From the NCBI GenBank assembly GCA_963804645.1, contig CAWDRG010000015.1, forward strand, positions 64,001 to 128,000: a DNA stretch of 64,000 nt. Direction: 5' to 3'. This document shows positions 47,945 to 57,037 of this stretch, one piece after another (position 1 is the stretch's first letter; the number at the start of each line of letters is the position of its first letter). Below the pieces are notes generated by a model. It had not been told where the DNA came from, ran no database searches, and saw only the letters and a program-made list of their open reading frames with translations. A program made the position numbers and the translations under genes. The stretch is from an uncultured Bacillota bacterium (lineage in GTDB: Bacteria; Sysuimicrobiota; Sysuimicrobiia; Sysuimicrobiales; Segetimicrobiaceae).

Positions 47945-49060
47945 TCAGCCTCGCGCCCGGAACTCCGCGGTCCGCAGCGTGTACTTCTCGACGAGCCGGT
48001 CCACGACCGCGACGCCGAGCCCCGGGCCGGTGGGGACGTCCACCGTGCCGTCGGCATTCACCTCGAACCACGGCTCGATCAGATCCTCATGGAAGTAGCG
48101 CCGGCTCGCGCCGAGGTCGGCCGGCAGCGTGAAGTTCGGCAGCGAGGAGAGCGCGACGTTCGCCGCGCGGCCGATCCCCGTTTCGAGAAAGCCGCCGCAC
48201 CACACGGGGACGGCGCGCTCCTGGCATACGTCGTGGCAGCGAAGCGCCTCGGCGAGCCCGCCCATCCGTGCGGCCTTGATGTTGATGATCCGGCAGGCGC
48301 CGAGATCGTGCGCCTTGCGGGCGTCCTCGGCCGAGCAGATGGACTCGTCGAGGCAGATCGGCGTCTCGAGCTGGCGCTGCAGCGTCGCGTGGTCGATGAT
48401 ATCGTCGTGGTCGAGCGGCTGTTCGATCATCATCAAGTCGTAGGTATCGAGCGCCCGCAGCCGTTCGACGTCCGCCAGTGTGTACGCGGTGTTCGCATCC
48501 ACCTGCAGGCCGATCATGCCAAACCGGCCGCGGATGGCATCGACGACTTCCAGGTCGAACCCCGGCTTGATCTTGATCTTGATGCGCTGGTAGCCCTGCG
48601 CCAGCCACGTCTCGATCCGCGCGAGGACCCGGTCGATCGTCGGCTCGATGCCGACGCTCATGCCGACAGCCACCGACGTCCGGGTGCCGCCGAGGGCGTG
48701 GGCGAGCGATACGCCCTGCGCCTCGGCCCACGCGGCCCACGCCGCCGACTCCACGCCCGCCTTCGCGAGGTAGTTCCGGCGCACCGGATGCAGCCACTCG
48801 GAGACCTCGCGCGGGTGCGCGAACGTGCGGCCGAGCACGCGCGGGATCACGAACTCGGTGAGGATCGGCCACGCGGTGTCGACGGTTTCCTCTTTATAGT
48901 ACGGTTTGGCGGTCACCGGCGACTCGCCCCACCCCGTGACGCCGTCGGCCCATAGCCGGACGAGGAGGCAGTCTTTGTTCTCATCGCGGTCGACCGACGT
49001 CTCGAACGGAAACACATACGGCATCCGGATCTGGCGGAGTTCGACGCGCTCGATGTTCAC
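47945..49060 (-). CDS. menC: o-Succinylbenzoate synthase / N-succinylamino acid racemase (enolase superfamily)
   Basis: PFETS, GWGE, RIKIKIKPG, DAN.AY, IEQP, CLDESI, INIK, WCGG.LE. Confidence 0.85.
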   Translation of the reverse strand: MNIERVELRQIRMPYVFPFETSVDRDENKDCLLVRLWADGVTGWGESPVTAKPYYKEETVDTAWPILTEFVIPRVLGRTFAHPREVSEWLHPVRRNYLAKAGVESAAWAAWAEAQGVSLAHALGGTRTSVAVGMSVGIEPTIDRVLARIETWLAQGYQRIKIKIKPGFDLEVVDAIRGRFGMIGLQVDANTAYTLADVERLRALDTYDLMMIEQPLDHDDIIDHATLQRQLETPICLDESICSAEDARKAHDLGACRIINIKAARMGGLAEALRCHDVCQERAVPVWCGGFLETGIGRAANVALSSLPNFTLPADLGASRRYFHEDLIEPWFEVNADGTVDVPTGPGLGVAVVDRLVEKYTLRTAEFRARG

Positions 49061-49071
49061 GGTCGTGCCTC

Positions 49072-49950
49072 CTACTGAACGAGTAGGTACACCACGCGGG
49101 GGCCGCGCCCGTCCGGAAACCGGACCGCCTCGGTCACGGTATACCCGCGTGTCAGGTAGTGCCGAAACGCCGCCCGGGTTGCGTCGCGCCACCGCAGCGC
49201 GACGTCCGGCCGCGCGGCTTTGAGCCCGGTGAGGTCGCGCGGAATCTCCACGAGCAGCGCCCGCGCCGCCAGGCTCACGTCCGGCGGGCGGGGGGACGCC
49301 AGGCCGGCGTCGTGGTCGTCCGCCTCTTCGGCGGCGACCGCCCAGGGCAGACCGGAGGGCAGCCGGGGCGCGCCCTCGCCTGCGAGGCGGGCGAGGACCC
49401 GGGACGACCGCAGCTGCCAGTCGATCTCGAACCGGTCGCTCGGCAGTCCGTGGTTGATCGCGTCGTTCATGATGCCGTAGTAGTCCACGTGGTACCGCCG
49501 GGCGATCCCGCCGAGGCGGGTGAAGTTGAACCGCGCATTCCCGGCCTGCAGCGGGTCGTACGTCCACACGATCTCATCCAGACCTGCCGCGAGTGCGGCG
49601 TCCCGCTGGGCGCGCTTCAGGCGGAGCCCCAGGCCCATCCCCTGCGACGCCGGCACCACGCCGGCCATATGCGAGTACCACAAGGCGCGGCCTCCACGCC
49701 AGGCCGGAAACGCGTAGGCGAATCCAACGAGCCCGCCGTCCGGACCGAACGCGCCGAGGACGAGGCCGCCGGCCGAGACCGCGGCCACCAACTGCGTGAG
49801 CGGCACGATATCAACCGGCGGAAACCGCCAGATCTCGGCCTGGAGCGTCTCGCACAGGCGAAGCGTCTCGGCATCCCGGATCGGGCGGATGGCGTACGCG
49901 TCCGCGGGGTGCGTCGGGACGCCGCGGGCCGCGCCGCCGCGGTCAGCCAA
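49072..49950 (-). CDS. GNAT acyltransferase (putative amino-acid N-succinyltransferase)
   Basis: YSHMAGV, GLGLRLK, WTYDPL..NARFN, YYG.MND.IN.GLPSDRF; adjacent to NSAR. Confidence 0.8.
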   Translation of the reverse strand: MADRGGAARGVPTHPADAYAIRPIRDAETLRLCETLQAEIWRFPPVDIVPLTQLVAAVSAGGLVLGAFGPDGGLVGFAYAFPAWRGGRALWYSHMAGVVPASQGMGLGLRLKRAQRDAALAAGLDEIVWTYDPLQAGNARFNFTRLGGIARRYHVDYYGIMNDAINHGLPSDRFEIDWQLRSSRVLARLAGEGAPRLPSGLPWAVAAEEADDHDAGLASPRPPDVSLAARALLVEIPRDLTGLKAARPDVALRWRDATRAAFRHYLTRGYTVTEAVRFPDGRGPRVVYLLVQ

Positions 49951-50998
49951 CGAGCGTGTGCGCCTCCTCGACGAAGGCCCCCACCAGCCGGATCGCGCCC
50001 TCCACGTCGCTCATCTGCAGCAGACTGAGCGGGGTGTGGATGTAGCGGCACGGGACCGAGACGCCGCCCGCGAGCACGCCGCCCCGGCTCAGATGGATCG
50101 CACCGGCGTCCGTGCCCCCGTATCCTCCCGGTGTCTTGTACTGATAGGGGATGCCGTGCGCGTCGGCGATCCGCTCCAGGGCGCGCGCCATCTGGGGCCG
50201 GACGATCGTCGAGCGGTCCGCCAGCGACACCGCCGGACCGTTCCCGAGCCGGGTGATCTGTCGTGCGCCGGTGACGCCCGGCACGTCCGCCGCGATCGTG
50301 CCCTCCAGCGCCAGCGCGATCACGGGGTCGATCTGATACGCGGCCGTGTGCGCGCCGCGCAGGCCGACTTCTTCGCACACCGCGAAGTTGCACGTCACCG
50401 TGAGCTCGGGCGTCCGATCCGCGAGGGCGCCGAGCACCTGCAGCATGATGGCGCAGCCCACGCGGTCGTCGAGCGCTTTGCCGAGCACGCAGCCGTTCGG
50501 GAGCGCTTGAAACGGATACGCGAGCGTCGCCGGGTCGCCGATGCGGATGCCGCGCTGCGCCACGTCGTCGGCCGACCCCGCGCCGACGTCGATAAACAGC
50601 GCCTCCACGGGGATCGGTTTGGCGCGCTCCTCGGCGCTGAGAATGTGCGGGGGCAGGGTCCCGATCACCCCGCGCGCCAGGGCGCCGTCGCGCGTACGGA
50701 TTGTCACCCCCTGCGCCGGCAGCACGCGCGCGTCCCATCCGCCGATCGTCGCGAACCGGAGAAACCCCGAGTCCTCGATGTGGTTGATGATGAAGCCGAT
50801 CTCGTCCATGTGGGCGTCGATCATCAGCGTGCGGGGGGACCGTCCGCGCCGCGTGGCGATCAGGTTGCCGAGGACGTCGGTCCGGACCTCGTCGGCGTGC
50901 GCGGCGGCGAGCGGCTGGATCACGTCCCGCACGTCGTCTTCGAAGCCAGAAACCCCGAAGGTGTTGGACAGTGTTTCCAGTAGCGCGAGCGTCTCCAT
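49943..50998 (-). CDS. M42-family aminopeptidase
   Basis: GVSGFE, DAHMDEIG, GKALDDR, EEVGLRGA, GTDAG, RYIHTP. Confidence 0.92.
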   Translation of the reverse strand: METLALLETLSNTFGVSGFEDDVRDVIQPLAAAHADEVRTDVLGNLIATRRGRSPRTLMIDAHMDEIGFIINHIEDSGFLRFATIGGWDARVLPAQGVTIRTRDGALARGVIGTLPPHILSAEERAKPIPVEALFIDVGAGSADDVAQRGIRIGDPATLAYPFQALPNGCVLGKALDDRVGCAIMLQVLGALADRTPELTVTCNFAVCEEVGLRGAHTAAYQIDPVIALALEGTIAADVPGVTGARQITRLGNGPAVSLADRSTIVRPQMARALERIADAHGIPYQYKTPGGYGGTDAGAIHLSRGGVLAGGVSVPCRYIHTPLSLLQMSDVEGAIRLVGAFVEEAHTLVG

Positions 50999-51304
50999 GG
51001 CTTCCTCCGGCGTGATGAACAGGTAGTGGTTCCTTTCGTCCGGCCGCGGCTACCTCCTGTGCCGTGGGAGTGCGGGGACCGCGCGGCCGGCCGGTCGGCG
51101 GCACCTCATCCGTTGGAACGGGCCGCCGGACGTATTCGGACATATGTGCGGCAGAGAGGTTTGATCGGGAGGCGCCGGCATGTATTATCTAAACTTAGGG
51201 AGGGTTCGATGTCGTGTGACCTCCCAAGATCCGGTCTGCTCATCACTCCACGCTTCAGGTGCGCTAGCGAATGTAACGAAAGCTCACTCAGGGAGGACCC
51301 CGCG

Positions 51305-52282
51305 ATGAAGCGCTTGTGCCTCGTTGGCGTTGCGTTGACGGTGCTCGGATTTGCGGTTCCGGCGATGGCCGCTCCGATCAGCTACCAGTTCCAAACCATC
51401 ATCAACCCAAACGATAGCACGTTCACGCAGCTGCTCGGGATCAACGACGCCAGCACGATCGCCGGATATTTCGGGAGCGGCGCCGCGGGCCATCCCAATC
51501 AAGGGTTCACGTTGACCCTGCCCAGCAGTTTCACGCCCGAGAACTTCCCCGGTTCGGCCCAGACGCAGGTCGTCGGCATCAATAACCTCGGGAACACGGC
51601 GGGCTTTTACATCACGGGGGGCATGACCCCGACCACGAACGGGTTCCTCGATACCGGCGGAGTGTTTTCAACGGTCGATGCCCCTGCCACGGTATTCAAT
51701 CAGCTTCTCGGCCTGAACAATAACGGAGAGGCGGCGGGGTACTCATCCGCCATCGATCCGGCCGGGATGAACGGCCAGGAGGCGTACACGGAACAGGGCG
51801 GAACCTTTACGTACCTGACCAGCTTGCTCCCGTCGGGCACCCAGAACAATCAGGCCACGGGGGTAAACGATTCCGGAGAGGTGTCGGGATTCTACGTCGA
51901 CAGCCTCGGGGTGACTCACGGCTTTCTACTGAACGGCAGCACGCTGACGACGATCGACCCAACCGGGTCGATGTTCACGCAGGCGCTCGGCGTGAATAAC
52001 TTGGGACAGGTCTCCGGCGTGTACATCGACTCCGGAATGGTGCAACACGGGTTCCTGGACATCAACGGCACCTTCCAGACGATCGACGATCCGGCCGGCT
52101 TCGGCACGACCACCGTGAACGGGCTCAACAACCAAGACCAGCTGGTCGGGTTCTACGTCGATGGCAACGATAACACCGACGGCTTCGTGGCCTCCCCGAC
52201 GCCAGAGCCGGGCTCGCTCCTGCTCCTGAGCACCGGCCTCGCCGGGTTCGGGGCGTACCGGCGCCGCCGCCAGCGCGGATAA
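51305..52282 (+). CDS. Secreted repeat protein with a PEP-CTERM sorting signal
   Basis: Signal peptide; repeated G(I/L/V)NN.G...G.Y....GF units; C-terminal TPEPGSLLLLSTGLAGFGAYRRRRQRG. Confidence 0.88.
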   Translation: MKRLCLVGVALTVLGFAVPAMAAPISYQFQTIINPNDSTFTQLLGINDASTIAGYFGSGAAGHPNQGFTLTLPSSFTPENFPGSAQTQVVGINNLGNTAGFYITGGMTPTTNGFLDTGGVFSTVDAPATVFNQLLGLNNNGEAAGYSSAIDPAGMNGQEAYTEQGGTFTYLTSLLPSGTQNNQATGVNDSGEVSGFYVDSLGVTHGFLLNGSTLTTIDPTGSMFTQALGVNNLGQVSGVYIDSGMVQHGFLDINGTFQTIDDPAGFGTTTVNGLNNQDQLVGFYVDGNDNTDGFVASPTPEPGSLLLLSTGLAGFGAYRRRRQRG

Positions 52283-52823
52283 CGCTCGTTCCGCGCTGAC
52301 CGCGGCTCACCCACGAGGCGCATGAGGGGTGAGCCGTCAGGCCGCGGCGGCCGCTGTTGTGTCTCCGGCGGGCGCCCTCGGCGACCCATCACAGGCCCGG
52401 CTCTCCGGCTGCGGGGAGTCCATACCTTCTCGTCTTCGCGGTCACACCGAATCCTCCATCAATTCCTCGGCGAACAGAGGGCCGCGAGGGATCACGGACG
52501 GGTGCACGTCCGAGACCGGGATGCCGGCCGGCGGTGCCGTCGTCGCCTTGACCCGTCGGCAGCCGGCCCGCTCGGGGCAGATTACTGGCCGCGGGAAGAG
52601 GGGTGACGGAGGGGTCTACGGGAGCGCCTGCGGAACTATACCGGCGATCACGCGGCCGGGACGTCTGCCAGAGTCGGGCACGACGAAGACGAAGCGAGGG
52701 CCGGGCCATGGCGCGGCGCTGGTGTCAGCGTTGGATGTCGATCGCCGGACTGGTGCTGCTCGGCGGGATCGCCCTCGCCGCGCCCGTGCCGTCGGCCGCG
52801 GCCGCGGGGAGAGGGAGGTAAGT

Positions 52824-54176
52824 ATGGACGCACTGAGCGCGCACGTCGATGCGGAGCTGCCGAAGACGCTGGAGGACCTCAGGCGGCTGGTCCGGATCCC
52901 GTCCGTGGCCGCCCAGCGGATTGGGATCCCCGAGACCGCCGCGGCGGTGGGGGAGCTGCTGCGGAGCGCCGGCGGCCGGGTGACGATGCTGACCCCGGAC
53001 GGCGGCAGTCCCGTGGTCACCGCCGAGTTCGACGGGCGCTCCGATCGGACGCTGCTCTTCTACGATCACTACGACGTCCAGCCAGCGGAGCCGCTTGACG
53101 AGTGGACCGTGCCGCCGTTCGACGTGACCGAGCGCGACGGCCTCCTGATCGGGCGCGGCATCGCGGACAACAAGGGCGATCTCGTGACCCGGGTCGCGGC
53201 GCTGCGCGCGCTCACCGCGGTGCACGGCGGCCTGCCGTGCCGCGTGAAGTTCGTGGTCGAGGGCGAAGAGGAGGTCAGCAGCGTGCACTTCGGCGCCGCG
53301 GTGCGCGGAGCCAAGGAGCTGCTGCGCGCGGACGCGTGCATTTGGGAGTACGGCGAGCGCGATCACCAGGAGCGAATGCACCTCATCCTCGGCATGAAGG
53401 GAATCTGCTACCTCGAGCTCACAGCGACGACCGCGCGGGTCGATCTGCACTCGTCGTTCGGGTCGGTGATCGAGGGGGCGACGATGCGGCTGATCTGGGC
53501 CCTCGCGACGTTCAAGGACCAGCACGGGCGCGTGCAGATCCCGGGCCACTACGATCGCGTGCGCCGGCCCACCGACGCCGAGGAGGCCGCCTCGCGGCAG
53601 ATTCCTCCGGACGCCGTGGACAGCCTGCGCCGGCAGGCCGGCGTCGAGACGCTGATCGGGGGGGTGCAAGGCGCGGAGGCCGTCCGCCAGTTCCTGTTCG
53701 CGCCCACGTGCACGGTGTGCGGCGTGTGGGGCGGTTACACGCTCGGCGGGTCGAAGACGGTGCTCCCGAAGGTCGCTCGGGCGAAGCTCGACTTCCGCCT
53801 GGTGCCGGACCAGGATCCCCACGAGGTGGCGCGTAACGTGCGGCGGCATCTCGACGCCGGAGGGTTCATGGACATCGAGATGGCGGTGCTCGGCGCCGAG
53901 TTTCCGTTCCGGACCGATCTCGCGGATCCGTTCGTCGGGCTGGTCCGGCAGTCGGTGGAGGCCGCGACGGGCCGGTCGGTGCTGGTTTATCCCACCTCTG
54001 CCGGCACCGGGCCGATGCACGACGTCGGGCCGGTGCTGAACGTCCCCATGATCAGCGTCGGCGCGGGGTATTGGAACGGCCGCCCGCACGCGCCCGACGA
54101 GAACGTCCGGAAAAAGGATTTTCGCGAGACCATCGTGCTGATGGCCGACATCTTGGAGCGCTTCGCGAAGGGCTAG
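52824..54176 (+). CDS. M20/M25/M40 metallopeptidase (dipeptidase-like)
   Basis: YDHYDVQP, GRGIADNKG, VEGEEEV, DLHS, DFRLVPDQDP, HAPDEN. Confidence 0.92.
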   Translation: MDALSAHVDAELPKTLEDLRRLVRIPSVAAQRIGIPETAAAVGELLRSAGGRVTMLTPDGGSPVVTAEFDGRSDRTLLFYDHYDVQPAEPLDEWTVPPFDVTERDGLLIGRGIADNKGDLVTRVAALRALTAVHGGLPCRVKFVVEGEEEVSSVHFGAAVRGAKELLRADACIWEYGERDHQERMHLILGMKGICYLELTATTARVDLHSSFGSVIEGATMRLIWALATFKDQHGRVQIPGHYDRVRRPTDAEEAASRQIPPDAVDSLRRQAGVETLIGGVQGAEAVRQFLFAPTCTVCGVWGGYTLGGSKTVLPKVARAKLDFRLVPDQDPHEVARNVRRHLDAGGFMDIEMAVLGAEFPFRTDLADPFVGLVRQSVEAATGRSVLVYPTSAGTGPMHDVGPVLNVPMISVGAGYWNGRPHAPDENVRKKDFRETIVLMADILERFAKG

Positions 54177-54347
54177 CGGGGGGAAAGCTCCGAGCCGTCC
54201 GGACAGGCTGCGCCGGCCGGGGGGGTCGGACCGGCGCCCGAGACCAAGATCAGGCGGGTGCCCGATGCCAAGACTTCCCTGTTCCAGGTATGCTGGGACC
54301 CAAGACGGCCCGTTTCCGACGCAACGGGGCCGCGGAGGTGATGGATC

Positions 54348-54953
54348 ATGTCCGAGCGCAGCGCGCAGATCTCGCAGCTACCTGAACCACCGATCGCACG
54401 CTTTCTGTTCGCCGACACCCGCATGGCATGGTTTTGGCTGATCGTACGGCTGTACGCCGGGTACCTCTGGCTGATCGAGGGCTGGGCCAAGATTCACGAC
54501 CCCGTCTGGGCCGGCTCGAAGGCCGGGACCGCCATGACGGGATTCGTCGCCGGGGCCCTCAAGAAGGCCGCCGCCGGGGGGGCGCACCCAGACGTGGCCG
54601 GCTGGTATGCGGTGTTCTTGCATAATTTCGTGGCGCCGCACGTCGTGGCGTGGAGTTACGCGATCGCGTTCGGCGAGTTCTTCGTCGGACTCGGACTGGT
54701 GCTGGGCCTGTTCACGGGGATCGCGGCGTTCTTCGGAGGCCTGATGAACGCCAACTACCTGCTCGCGGGAACCGTGAGTGTTAATCCGATGTTCTTTGTT
54801 CTCGCCACATGGCTGGTGCTTGCGTGGCGGATCGCGGGCTACTACGGGCTCGATTACTATGTCCTTCCCATGGTCGGGGTGCCCGGAGCCCCCGGGAAGG
54901 TGTTCAAGAAGGCGGACGCACCCCCGGCTGCGGCCCCGGCGGCCTCCCGCTAG
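54348..54953 (+). CDS. DoxX-family membrane protein (DoxD/TQO-like)
   Basis: RLYAGYLW..GW.K, GE..VGLGL..G, MNANYLLAG.VS.NP, AG..GLD. Confidence 0.85.
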   Translation: MSERSAQISQLPEPPIARFLFADTRMAWFWLIVRLYAGYLWLIEGWAKIHDPVWAGSKAGTAMTGFVAGALKKAAAGGAHPDVAGWYAVFLHNFVAPHVVAWSYAIAFGEFFVGLGLVLGLFTGIAAFFGGLMNANYLLAGTVSVNPMFFVLATWLVLAWRIAGYYGLDYYVLPMVGVPGAPGKVFKKADAPPAAAPAASR

Positions 54954-55156
54954 CGGTCGCCAAACGTCTGTTCGCCCGCCCGGCCGGACCCCGGCCGGGC
55001 GGCGGCATTTCCCGCGAGCGTAATTGTGCGCCCCGGGCGTATTTCGTCGCGGGCCGTCGTTCAGGTATAGTATGGGGACCGGGAACAGACTGCGTCCTTT
55101 CCCGGCGTCCGCGTCCTACTCGTTGTCATCTCCCAGAACATAAGGAGGATGATTCC

Positions 55157-55627
55157 ATGTCAGTTGCGGTCGGTCAGCAGGCACCTGATGCGGTACTGGT
55201 CGGCGGTGACCGCAAGGCGGTGAAGATCAGCGACCTTCGCGGCAAGCCCACCGTCCTCGCGTTCTTTCCGGCGGCGTTCACCGGCACGTGCACCAAGGAG
55301 ATGTGCCGGTTCCGCGATGATCTCAGCCGGTACAACTCGCTGAACGCCAACGTCGTCGGGATCAGCGCCGACACGCCGTTCGTGCTGGCGGAGTTCGCCA
55401 AGCAGAATCAGCTCACGTTTCCGATGCTGAGCGACTTCAACCACGAGGCGATGCAGGCGTTCGGCGTGTACGATGGGGGCTTCCTCGGGGGCCTGCTGAA
55501 GGGGATCGCGAGGCGGTCGGTGTTCGTGCTCGATAAGAACGGGAAGGTCGTGTACACGTGGATCGCGGACGCGCCCGGCGAGCCCCCGTACGACCAGGTC
55601 CAGGCGGCCGTGCAGCAGGCGCAGTAG
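55157..55627 (+). CDS. Peroxiredoxin (BCP/PrxQ-AhpE-like)
   Basis: FFPAAFTGTCTKEMC, GISAD, LSDFN, RSVFVLDK. Confidence 0.92.
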   Translation: MSVAVGQQAPDAVLVGGDRKAVKISDLRGKPTVLAFFPAAFTGTCTKEMCRFRDDLSRYNSLNANVVGISADTPFVLAEFAKQNQLTFPMLSDFNHEAMQAFGVYDGGFLGGLLKGIARRSVFVLDKNGKVVYTWIADAPGEPPYDQVQAAVQQAQ

Positions 55628-55707
55628 CCCGGGCGGGGGTGCTCCCCGCCGTCGAGCCTGCCGCGGCCGCCGCGGCCGGATCTCATCGGACGAAAGGAGT
55701 CTTGGCG

Positions 55708-57037
55708 ATGATGCCCACGGTTCGCACGGTGCTGCCGAACGGCCTCGTCGTCCTCTTGCGTGAGGTGCACACGGCTCCGGTGGCCACGTTTTGGGCGTGG
55801 TACCGGGTCGGCAGCCGGAACGAGGTGCCCGGCATCACGGGGATCTCGCACTGGGTGGAGCACATGCTGTTCAAGGGCACGCCGACGCTCGGCAAGGGTG
55901 AGTTTCCGCGCCTCGTGAACCGCCACGGCGGCTCGTGGAACGGGTTCACGTGGAAGGATTTCACCGCGTACTTCGAGACCCTGCCGGCCGAGCACGTCGA
56001 CCTCGGCATTCGGATCGAGTCCGACCGCATGATCAACACGCTGTTCGAGCCGGAGGAGGTCGAGAGCGAGCGGACGGTCATCGTGTCCGAGCGCGAGGGC
56101 GCCGAGAACAATCCCGAGTACGCCCTGTACGAGGAGCTCGAGTCCGCGGCGTATCGCGTCCACGCGTACCGGCACGCGGTGATCGGATACAAGAGCGACC
56201 TGTGGGCCATCACCCGGGACGACCTGTACCACCACTACCGCACGTTCTACGCGCCCAACAACGCGGTCGTCGTGGCCGTGGGGGATTTTGACAGCGCGGA
56301 TCTGCTCGCGCGCATCACCGATGCGTTCGGAAGCATTCCGGCCGGGGCCGCCCCGCCCGCGGTGCGGAGCGTGGAGCCGCCGCAGGAGGGGGAGCGCCGC
56401 GTGACCGTCCGCCGCCCGGGCGGCGCCGTCCCGATCGTGCAGATGGGGTTCCATGTGCCGGCCGTCACGTCGCCGGACTTCTTCCCGCTGCTGCTCGTCG
56501 ACGGGGTGCTCTCGGGGTTCAAGGGGCCCGGCGTATTCGGCGGCGAGGCGCTCGGGGCCCGGAGCAGCCGGCTCTACCGCGCACTCGTGGAGCGAGAACT
56601 GGCGGTCGACGCGGGCAGCGCGTGCCGGCCCTCGCGGGACCCGACGCTGTTCGAGGTAGGGGCGACGCTGCGCCCCGAAGTCGCGCCGGAGCGGGCCGAA
56701 GCAGCGCTGCTCGAAGAGCTTCGGCGCGTGAGCGAGGAGCCCGTGAGCGAAGAGGAGCTGGCGCGGGTGCGCAAGCAGGCGCGCGCGCAGTGGGTGTATG
56801 CCGGCGACGGCGTGAGCCCGCAGGCCGTACTGCTCGGCAGCATGGAGATCGTGGCCGAGACCGGGATTCCTCGACACATTCTGGGATCGGCTCTCCGCCG
56901 TGACGCCCGACGCGATGCGTGAGGCCGCCGCCCGGACCTTCAGCGAGCGCAACCGGACCGTGGGCTGGTACTTCCCCGAGCCGGGCGAGGACACGGTGTC
57001 CTCCGGCGACGCGGCGGAGGTGGCGCACCATGCCTGA
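55708..57037 (+). CDS. M16B zinc protease, active subunit; +1 frameshift near 56860
   Basis: HWVEH motif, VGSRNE, YAPNNA, SSRLY; C-terminus FLDTFWDRLSAVTPDAMREAAARTFSERNRTVGWY in the next frame, ending at TGA 57035-57037. Confidence 0.85.

Noticed and set aside
47945..49060. Menaquinone biosynthesis operon
   Set aside because: No other men genes are in the window; the GNAT/peptidase context favours a racemase role, although OSBS activity is not excluded.
51180..51300. Possible structured RNA leader upstream of the PEP-CTERM gene
   Set aside because: One imperfect hairpin (GGGAGG...CCTCCC) only; no recognisable family without a covariance search.
54244..54305. Three CCAAGA hexamers upstream of the DoxX gene
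   Set aside because: Irregular spacing and short length; not distinguishable from chance.
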